Assembly (NCBI RefSeq): GCF_036321535.1
Contig: NC_087437.1
Location: 67,768,001-67,832,000, forward strand
Length of the DNA stretch: 64,000 nt
Origin: Camelus dromedarius
Lineage: Eukaryota
Direction of reading: 5' to 3'
This document shows positions 54,015 through 64,000 of this stretch, piece by piece; position 1 is the first letter of the stretch; every line of letters begins with the position of its first letter. Under the pieces are notes generated by a model, which did not search any database, was not told the DNA's origin, and worked only from the letters and a program-made list of their open reading frames with translations. The position numbers and the translations under genes are program-made.

Positions 54015-56890
54015 GTAAGGGGGTCCCCAGGCCTCTTGCGCCCCCACCTTCCTGCCGCCGGGCTCTGGGGTCGGGGGTCGGTGGAGTGAGGAGCGCTCGG
54101 AATCTGGACGGAACGCGGCTTATTTACAAGTCCCGAGGTGCTGGTGCGTTCCCTGCCCTCGCGGCTCTGCGCCCGGCCGGGTCCCGAGGCGTGCGGGAGT
54201 GTGCGTACAGACTTGCTGCATTATCCGTGGTGGTGCGGAGATGTGGAACCGGTGGGGGTGGGAGGGGGGAGCGGTGGTAGAGTGAGGTGTGTGTGTGTGT
54301 GTGTGGCGGGGATGGGGACTGGTGTGAGGGGTGGCGGCGGCGGAGCTGAGGTAGCTCCTCTGTAAACTCCAAGCGTCGCTTCAGTGTTCGCTGCCGCCGC
54401 GTCCCCAGTGCTGATACCACTGCATTCCTCCTCTTTCAAGAGGGAATTGGCATTAAGTTTAGAAGGAGGCTGGGTATGCACTCGGCACCTGGTACTTGTG
54501 TCTCTGTGCGAAATAACCCCCACAGATTCGGCACCGAGGTGGGGGGGGGAATGAATATGAATTCATGGGTTAATAGCTATGCTGACTCGGAATGGTCAAT
54601 GTTTCGTGCTTGGGGGACTAAATAGCTAGTGCTCAGTGTTTACTTTGAAGAGATTTTTGGTTCTCTGTTTTGGGAGGCTATGAAACGAATTCATGAAGGT
54701 TAAAAATGAAAACAGACTGTGCGTTTCACTTACAAGCTGGCGTCCCATGTTGAACGTACGGACAGTCCACGAAGTAGTTATAACGTAAATGTCTTTCGAA
54801 TTCACCTGTCTAACACTCTTCGCAGCCGTGAGAGAACCCTGCACCGTTGGCCACAGACAGTCTGTGCCGTATCGCTTTACCGCTGATGGTTTTGCCACAG
54901 CTTCATGTTCGGGGCATTCTGCCATCATTGGGACCTGCGCCCGCTCACGTTTCTCATACTACTGCCCACGAATCTATTCATTTACACACACATGTGCATA
55001 CACACGCGCACAGTCCCTGCACAGTCCATTTCATGAACACACTGATATGAAATGATCAAACTGCCAATCTTACTGATTTTCTTCTAACAGCTGGTTGCTA
55101 ATGTTACATTTGTGGTTTCATTTTTCATTGCTGGGGGATATTTTGTGTCTCTAGAGAACCCTTTTACCAGATGAAAAGAGAATAGCCTCCCTGACTCTTT
55201 ACTAGTTGGAGTATTGCAAGTGAATAAATACTATGTTGAAGTTATGTTTTTTGAAATAAGCTTAGGGGAGCAGCTGGAACTCACCCATAACACAATTACA
55301 AGTTACAGGTCCTAAAAACTTCCTCTTTGTAGAACTCACTGACCCATTCCTCCACCATCTGAACTGTGAGGTCTTGTAATACTTAATTCCCCTACGAAGC
55401 ATGTCTGCGTGAAAAATAGAATCCCAAACCAGCTTTGGCTTTTAATATTTTATTCCCTTGCATCTTTTTTCCTCCAGTACTTTCTCTGTAATTCCAGATA
55501 CTGCTGCAGTTCAGCTTTTTCATACAGAGACATTAGCATCGTGACTGTACTCTGCTAGCAGCAGAGGTTAATCCCTTTCCTTCCTATTCCGTTTAACTCT
55601 AGGAACTTAGCTCTTCAGATAAAATGCTAAGAATGAAGTCACTAATATATGCTTCTTTTAAGTTTGAATAAAACTGTAGAATATTCATTACTCCGTTGTG
55701 GGGTCACACGAGTGAAGGGCAGATCAGAGTGCTGGGCTGTTGTTAGATAGCACTTCTAAGGGATGGGAAAGGTCTAATGGAGCACCAAACCAGATAATTC
55801 TATTTCAGGTCTTCCAGTTGCCAAAAAAAGTAAAGCTCTGCAGTCTTCAGAAATACCAAAGTTAACTATCATGGCAACCCTTTGAAATAGAGTATCTGGT
55901 GTTACTTGGTCAAAGTAGATAGTATTTCTTCCTAGAGATTCTTGTTCTTTCCAAAGAGGATTTTCAAGGGATTGCTCAGTAGAATTCAGTGAAATCATGG
56001 GAAATGGCCCTCATTGTCATGCTTCAGGGTCCTCTGATGTTTGGCAGAGTCTGGGTAGCAGTAACTTGGAGTAGTGGGTAGGAGGAGAAGGCAGCATGGC
56101 CAGAGGAGGCTAGGGAACACGGGGTCACTCACAAGCAATTGCCATCCACTCTTTCCTTCCGCCATCATTATGGCAAGTCTGGGACTGGCTGCCTCACAAC
56201 ATGCACCCCTCTACATTACACACTCACACACTCCACAGTGTCCGAGTGTGTAGCCCTTTTGAATTAGCCCTATCCCTGACTACTCTCTCCCTCCTGCAGC
56301 ACAGTTGTTTGTTTCTCATGGATATGTTCATAGATCCCCACTTGGTGTTCTTGGTGTTCACATCAGACTCCATTTGTTCAGAAATGTTTAATGCAAGTAT
56401 TTGGAGCTGTGTGAATAGATTTTTTGAAATAATGGTTGGCCTTGTGAGACCAAGGTGGTGTAGCCCAAGTCATAACTTTGGATCCATGGGCAAGTCAGAC
56501 CTGTATTGGTGTATTCTCAGGAATAATTATATTCTGTTTCTAGGTGATGATGAATTTTGAAACAGGTGATTTAAAATATATAGTCAAGATATATTTACAT
56601 GTGATTAAAACCTAAATTTTTCTTGTGCTTTTTATCCAAATATCCTAGAGTACTTTGCTATAGTTGATTATTTTTTTTTCCATGTCACATCTTTGAGCAA
56701 CGAACAAATGGTGAGAAGGTTACATAGTGGCCCAGCTGGGTTTTACCCTTGATATGCTGATGAATGTATTTTATATAATAACAACTCTGTTGACAAAGTA
56801 TAGGTTCTCAGAACATTTCTATAACATGATTGCACTATTATCACATTTACTTTTAACCCTGAGCAAGTAAAGAGAAAAGAATTGGAATTT

Positions 56891-57080
56891 CTTTTTTAAT
56901 TGAAGTATAGTCGGTTTACAATGTTGTGTTAATTTCTGGTATACAACACAGTGATTCAGTTATACGTATATATATTCCTTTTCATATTGTTTTTCATTAT
57001 AGGCTATTTCAAGATACTGAATATAATTCCCCATGCTATATAGTAGGCCCTTGTTGTTTATCTATTTTATATATAGTAGT
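56891..57080 (-). mobile_element. Short L1 3' tip
   Basis: 'tttttaattgaagtatagtcggtttacaatgttgtgttaatttctggt...ccttgttgtttatctattttatatatagtag'. Confidence 0.85.
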
Positions 57081-60000
57081 CAGTATTCAACTGGAATGTT
57101 TTAAAGGTAAAGGGAAACAAGCAAGCAAACAAATAAACAATAATGGAAGCACCTCACAATTCTCCATTTTGTGCCGGGCTTGGTTTGAGGCCCTTGTTCC
57201 ATTGGCTCAGATCTGGCTGGGTCGCTTTGTCATCTGGCATCTGTCCCTCCTCTTACTCCAGAGCCAGGGAGCAGCCACTGCTTTCCACCGAGGTTGGCTC
57301 TGTTCTCTCCTGTGGCATCCAGGATGGCAGGCGCTGTGTGCCCTTTGGGGATTGCAGAGGAGATGAACTCCACTCGGCCCTCCCCACCCCCATCTCTGGC
57401 TCATCTGGGCATGAAGGTCACCTGGGCTTCTGCCTGCAGCCAGATTTGGGCTGTGAGAGGCCAGGAGAAGAGAATAGTGTAGTTACACTGCATCGGAGGC
57501 AGCATGGCCAACCCCTGACCGGAGCCCTGCAGCAGCTGCTCAGTGAGGGAGCAGCCGAAATGCTCAGGACCTGAATGACAGATCCCATTGTCAGGAGGCT
57601 CCCTTTAGAGAACATCTTTCAAGAACTACACCTAGACTGCTCATAGGGACACTTTGCACCCCTCCCCCCCAAATAGTTCAAGGCCAGTGTGTTGGCAAAA
57701 CCTCTCCAATGGTATTTGACACCCCTTCTGATAAGGACTCAAAAGAAGATCCTTCAAGAAATAACTTTTGAGTCCAAGTTACATGTTTTAATATTAGGTT
57801 ATAGCAAGTAATTATAAAGTGAAAATACAAAGTTTCTAAATTTGCCGAAGTGACTTAAGAGTTAAGACACAGTCTGTAAGTTCTGATTTTCTGCAAAGTA
57901 GGGATATTCCGGTTACCTTCGTCACCTCGGTCATCAGTAAGCATGATTCAGTGGGTGCCCTGCAGGGAGGTCCATTTGAGATATTGAAGATACAGTTCTT
58001 TTTTTCTAAAGTACTTACATTCCAAGGTAATGTCTGACATCACCTGTTTAAAAACAATACTGACATGGACATTCTAAAGAACCTAGCCTTTACCCTTGGA
58101 ATGTTGTTTTCTCTCTAGATTTCATAGGTGGTTGAACAGACCTTGTCGCAGGTTCTCAGACTGTAATGTAATGTGAACTGCTTGTTCAAATGACTGTGAT
58201 GACTGCAGAAAAATGCATATTGTGTCTTTTTGCAGGAGTTCTTTATAAATAGCTTATTAATCCAGAGAGGCACAACTGTGAGTCTAGAAGGAAAGGAATT
58301 GACCATAAGGCCATAGGATTTCTTTTATTTCCTTTGATAACTGTCTACAGGCCAACCCCAGGAGACCATAATCCATTTTCCACAATTGTGGTCAGATCCT
58401 AAAGCCAGCCCTGTCTTCTGCCATATAACAGTGTTTGTACTGGGGAGCTCTTGTTTGTCATATTACTTACATAGTGCATTTTCTTCACTATGTACTTTTC
58501 TACCCTGCCTAATAGTGTGGAATTATTTGAAATAAAAAATTAATTTCCTTACGTGATCCTTCATTTCATTTCCCTTCTGCCAAACATGACTTCCTTGTTC
58601 TGTATCATTCTTAACTATTTAAAAACATCAATGCTGCCAACATAGGCGGTGCTACTCTGAATGCTGAGTAGGAAGGTGGTCAAGGGAAGAGAACATTGAG
58701 GTGCACATTATAAAGCCTAGATACTGATTTTGAATCTACTAATAATTTCCCGATAAAAGGTAGACTGTAATTGCATTTAAGTCTCAGTTTCCTCATTTGC
58801 TGGATTGGGAAAATGGTGCCTGCCTGATGTCATTTGTATCCTTTGAAAGTTATGATGCTTCAAGGAAATGCACTATTTGTTTCTGCCAGAGAAGATGAAG
58901 AGTTAAATTAAAAGGAATTATCTGGCCGCTTGCCACCGACTGAACAGAATTTGCCAGTGTTCATAGCCATCTCTCTCCCTGCCTCCTTTCTTTATTTCTC
59001 CGGGCTTGGGTGAGAGCCATACTGAGCTCCCAGTGCTAATCTAGTGCTAAGGGGGGATCCTAGCATTGATATGGGCCTGGGTAAGCTGCTTCTGCCTCCT
59101 CACTTTGCTCAAAGGGCTTAAGCCAAAACACAAAATAAAGCAAAACAAAAAGGGAAGGGAAACATGTGTCCATTTTTAATCCCATGCTAGCCACCCTTTG
59201 TTTGTTTCCCTTTTTCATAAGCCTACAGCAGTCTCACTTTATTTCAGCTTGCAGTACTGAGGAATTGCTGAAGGAAGGAAGAAATGTTAGGGGATCTAGA
59301 TTCCAATTAACTTTGCTACTGTGGCTGTGTAACTCTGTGTGAATCACTGTTTAGTAAATGAGAGTGAGAATCTGCAAGATTAATGAATCTTGCTGAGGGT
59401 GTCAGCAGACCAGAACTCTGCTGCTCAAATAACCTCCAACCCGTCTCTTCCTTTACGTTCCTCCTATCTTATTCAGGATGAAGAAAGTCAGAAAAAAGGA
59501 AGTTATGCAGGGAAATATGCTGGCATTGTTGATGTGTATAATGAGTGTTTGTGTCTTCCACTGAAATAGTGATGCTAAGGGATTCTCTGTGGGCACCATT
59601 TATAGGGCTGTTTTTATAGCCTTATTTTAAGTGCAGAATTAGGTACATTTAAACCAACAATACAAGTTCATTTTTAAATGGAATGAATGCCAAGTGTTTT
59701 ATGAGAAAGCAAGAATTTTTACGTGTCTTCCCAGTTTTAGGAACATGCCCCCTTTTCGCTCCTTGAGATCGTAGTTGTGTACTCTCAGGGGTGGGCAGAA
59801 AGGAGATTTACGTCTCCCCACTTCTGCCATCTCCCCTTCCTTCAGTTTGGCAGCCACAGAAGCTCTGTGCTACTCCCAGGAGAGGGGATGCGTAACAGTC
59901 CCCTAAGGAGACAGCAGCAAGATGCTGGGAGGAAACCCAGATTTGCTGTCTGTAACAAATCTCTGGGGGCGTCTGGCTGGGTCAGTCTGGTCCAGGAGCC

Positions 60001-60394
60001 AGCGATCAGACTTGCTTTCCACTGAGGACCCTCTGAATGAATAGGAATGGGGAGAAACTGTGATTTTTGTCTCATGTATCAGAGATAAGACTAGTCCCAC
60101 TGACCTGACCCAACCCAGGGCAGGCATATCAGATGCAGGCTTGAATCTGCTCCTGGTAACAACTATGGTTTTGTTACTGAAATTTTAATTTCCTGTCTTT
60201 GCCATTAGGCACTAATGTGGTCTGAGCTGAGGAGGAAGGAGGAGAGTGGGCATTTTGTGGGTTTAAAGTTATTTTTGTTTGTGTTATGTGCACAGCATGA
60301 AGGATGGGTAGTTACGTCAGCTAGTTAGGGTATATACATGGTAGAGAGTAATAAGAACGTGGCTGAATATGCAAAGGAAAACTAAATTCCTCCC

Positions 60395-61080
60395 TCCATT
60401 TCTTTCATAAATGTTTATTAAGCCTAAGCAAACACTAATAAACCTTAAAGCAAAGAAAAAAGACACTTAAAAGATAACTAATTATTACTGTAATATATAA
60501 TAATGAAGTATTTAGGGTACCATGAGACTATTTTAGGGAGACTTAGCTTAGTCTTGGGAGCCAGGAAGGGCTTTCCTTGCAGAATTACATGTAATTGGAT
60601 ATGAGTGATGAGTAGGAGTTAGCTGTGTGGAGAGAGGGCTTTCCCAGCAAAGAGGAGTCTTGCCACTGTTTGAGGTACAAAAGAGACTAGTCTATACCAG
60701 GAGCTGAAGGAATAGAGAGGTGCAAAGACCAAGGAAGAAACGACAAGGTAAACCTTGATAGGTGAACTAAGCCCAAAGCTACAGGGCCTTGCAAGGATGT
60801 AAGATTTAGTCTAAGGCGCAAAAATAAGGGAAGATACTGACAGTCTTTAAAGAAGGAAAGTGTCACACAAGGTGTGAGTTTCTGCAAGAGGACTCTGGCT
60901 GCAGTGTAGGAAAAGGAAAAGAGCGATGGGAGAGGGCAGTTCAGAGGCTTTTCTTGGATAAGGTAGAGGTCATGGAGGTTCTGATGGCAGTTGTGGCATT
61001 GGAGAGAGAATGAAAGCACTGATGAGAGATGCAGGGACAGAGTCGTCGTCGGGGCTGGTTGAGCGAGGTTCTCTGGCATT
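60395..61080 (-). mobile_element. L2 fragment
   Basis: 'aaatgtttattaagc', 'gagtaggagttagc', 'gactctggctgcagtgt'; ORF 60687-61079 has L2-like 'YTAARVLLQK'. Confidence 0.7.
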
Positions 61081-62754
61081 TGAGTACGTAAACAACCACT
61101 GTAGTTTGGGCTGAAGACACAAAATTGACTATTTAAAATGGCTGTGCTTGTATATTACCTCTCACCTGTTACTGCCTGTTGCTAACAACCTTGTGAGGTC
61201 ATATAACCTTATTTCCACTTTACAGCTTAGGAAAGAGGTTTAAAGCAAGTAAAACTGGGCTTGTCTTAGAAGCCTGGCTTCTGTCTACAAATCCAGGTCT
61301 TTTCCCTTACAGTGCATTACCCTAAGTAGTGGAATAAATGGGAATGACTTACAGAATGAAAAAAAAACAAACCATTTTTGACCAACTATCTGTGTGGCCT
61401 TGGACAAGTTACTCTCTGATTCTGGAAATAATCCCTAAGGTCTCTTTGAACTCAAAAAATTAGGTGACTCTGATTTTATTCTCATTGGGAAGAGTCTAGT
61501 CTTAATTAGCAAAACGGCTGAATTAAATACCATTTTTAAAGAATGCAGTTTTATTACATTCAGGTACATACAGAAAAAGCTAATTCCCAACAAAGTCTTC
61601 TCAAGGAGAGGGTCTTGCTGACCTAGTTTTATGGCAAGATTAAAAAAGAACCGAATTCTTTTATAATTAGTGGCATCATTTATTTCCAGTTAAATCACTA
61701 AAATCGTAACACTAGCTGTTTGTTACATTTTTATACTGTATCTCTATAAAACTTTATGCCACTGTATGTTTGAGCTGAATTCAGTATGTATTTATTGGGA
61801 GTCTAGTACTAAATAATTTCCTAAAACGTAATAGATAAAATACAGTAAACTGTAAAGCAGATTGGTTCAGAAAACAGAGAAACTAGAGGATGGGGGTGTA
61901 TTACGGACGGGACCTTAAGTCTGATATTGATGGCTAGGAGGATTTACAGGAGGAAGGAAAAAGATGAAGGATACTTCCACTGGGGTAAAAACACAAACGG
62001 GGGAACAGAGAAAGGATGTTCTGTGTTTGGGTTGTGGCATGGACTCTAGCCCGAGTAGAGTTAAGGGTTGATGCTGGAGAGTACTGACAAAGAAGCCTGG
62101 AGACTGGGGTGAACCTTGGATGCCAGGCTGAGCCATTTGTACTTGATCCTGAAAGAAATAAAGGGCCATTGATTGGTTCAGGAAGGAAGTAACATAAAGG
62201 AAATGTTGCTTCTGGAAGACTAATTTGATGCCAAGATGCCTTTTGCATACATAATACTGAGTCAAATGCAAGCCATGCCTTTGTTTACTGCAAATTCCAA
62301 GCTTCTCAGTTTTTCTGTATAAAATCTACAAATCCATGAGGCAAGAATGTAATTTGTAAAGTGCGTTGGTTCATTTCACGAGTGTATCTCTAGCATGTCA
62401 TCTTAAGACACATACACACAGATGTGTGAGAGTCCTGTAGACTGGCTTTGACTAAAGGATCTATGTGAGTCTTAGGCATGTATGGTATTAGTAAAGCAGT
62501 AAGGAGTTGTGTGTGTAATGTATAGTATGAAATATATGATGAGTAGGTAGTGAGGATAGCTTTTCCTAGATTGCTGGGTTTCCGATGTAGACCATCTGTT
62601 TAGTTCTGTTCTTGTATAATATATGGTGAGAAAATATTGTTAAATAAACCTTGGCAACAGTGAAGAAACGTTGAAGTGCTTCCCATTGCATTCCAAAGAA
62701 AAGCTTGCTTCTTTTACATTCTTAGAATGAGTGAAGCGACAGTTTTCCCTGATA

Positions 62755-63110
62755 GGGTTTAAAGGATCATTTGTATTTTTAAAAGTTTCTCATTATAAAT
62801 TAATGTGTTCATTGTAGACAAATGAGGAAACACCGAAACGCACTGGGAAAATGAAAAATTAATCATACACTCAGTACTAGAGAAATCTGTTAACTTTTGG
62901 TGGTTGTATACCATTCGAGACCTCCTCCTTCCCCCAGGCATAAATTACAAAATTAGGATCATGATTGAGATATACTCTGTGATTTACTCTTCTCTTTGAA
63001 CAGCATGTCATGAAATGTTTTTCTCTGTTATCAAATATTCACCTGCAACATCTTTGTAAATGGTTGCGTAGTGTCCCATACCATAATTTATTCATCAGTG
63101 CCCTATTGAA
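62755..63110 (-). mobile_element. L1ME-like 3' end
   Basis: 'gttcattgtaga', 'ctgttaacttttgg', 'aaaattaggatcat', 'ccataattt...ccctattg'. Confidence 0.6.
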
Positions 63111-64000
63111 TATAATTTTTGGTGAGCGCTTTTATTTTTAAAATAGGGAGATATTACATGATGCCATCCGCAATTAATTTGTTCTTGCTTCATGACCATA
63201 GTGGTTTTTAGCGAACTTAGGAAACTGACTAGCATATTAATCCAGTGTTATTTCATCTTTCAGAAAACCATGTTGATTTTCCCCTAATAGCTTATGTTTG
63301 GTTGCTTGTTCAGTGATACATCCTTGTTAATAGATCCCATGATCTCTCCATAAGTACCTGTGTGCTCACAACAATTTGCACTTTATGAAGTGCTTTTGCT
63401 TACATTAACTTGTTTGGGCCTCAGGAATACTCTGGGGGGAAGAAAGAAGGCTAAGAGCATCAGGCACCTGCAGTGTGAGGATTGCATATATGACTTCTTG
63501 TCCAGCACCTGGCAATGGAGTGAAAGCTCTGAAAATACTAATTGCTGTTGTTACTTGACAGTCATGGTCATGTTATCTCCTTGAATCTTTACTCTTTTTT
63601 TTTTTTTTTTTTTTTTTTGGTTAGGGATGATTATACCCCTTTTAAAGATGAGGAAACACACCTTACAAGGTTCAGTCATTTTAGTGAGATAAAATGCTAG
63701 TCAGTAGCATGGTGCTCCCCCTCTTGGCCCAGCACTCCCCTCCACTGCACCTCCTCTAGTGCGGAGAAAGCAGCAGTTGTTTCAGGCTCTTCACTGGGAT
63801 TTGGCTTCATTATGAAAGGGAGTTTCACCTGGCTCCTCTCCGATGCCTGCCTGTGGGGAAATCTCTCTGGCAAATCTCAAGTTGTCTAGAATGTGGCAGT
63901 TTAAAAGCATAACTACATTGATCTACAGTCTCAAGGTCCCACCTTTGAGTTACTTTTAGAATTTGGAGATGGATACCATCCAGCAAGGATGACTCATCTA

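Larger units (their letters stand above)
53480..54420. promoter_or_regulatory. LSAMP: CpG island promoter of LSAMP exon 1a
   Basis: Abrupt rise in GC and CpG density against AT-rich flanks; inverted CCAAT (attgg 53481-53485) and TATA-like tataag (53596-53601); contains the first coding exon. Confidence 0.88.
54015..64000 (+). other. LSAMP: Start of LSAMP intron 1; no downstream exon seen in the window
   Basis: Follows the splice donor; no ORF in the track encodes the expected LPVRSVDF/Ig-domain continuation. Confidence 0.75.

Noticed and set aside
53948..54280. 110-aa ORF as a complete single-exon protein
   Set aside because: Only the first 22 codons are LSAMP-like; the frame runs through a consensus splice donor into GC-rich intron.
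53413..54523. Antisense ORFs over the CpG island
   Set aside because: Low-complexity Arg/Ala/Pro-rich frames, expected in stop-poor GC-rich DNA; no recognisable domain.
56926..57615. Cluster of overlapping 60-146-aa ORFs
   Set aside because: One starts in an L1 tail and the others lie in a moderately GC-rich intronic patch; no domain or splice support.
58923..58935. NFI-like palindrome TGGC-N5-GCCA
   Set aside because: A single short motif expected by chance in 64 kb; no supporting evidence.

Overview
Mammalian genomic DNA, almost certainly camelid (camel/alpaca), judged from a Vic-1-type tRNA-derived SINE and repeated young L1 3' ends of one family. Roughly the first 52 kb is gene-free and rich in interspersed repeats: nested L1s of several ages, a decayed class III (ERVL-type) provirus with one LTR, a tRNA-Arg primer-binding site and gag/pro/RT remnants, two solo LTRs of the same family, a two-LTR MaLR, L2/MIR and DNA-transposon fragments. 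At ~53.5-54.4 kb is a CpG-island promoter with a strong CTCF motif and a 67-nt first coding exon, MRTYWLHSVWVLGFFLSLFSLQ(G), which I recognise as the distal 1a first exon of LSAMP (IgLON family); the rest of the window is its first intron. Almost all ORFs in the track are repeat-derived or chance frames. I found no convincing previously undescribed system. The best leads are a 39-bp tandem array of NF-E2/Maf-AP-1 plus NRF1-like motifs ~1 kb upstream of the promoter, three copies of one ERVL-type LTR family, and three L1 insertions with 5' inversions. Repeat subfamily names and most repeat boundaries come from recall and reading by eye, so they are approximate.
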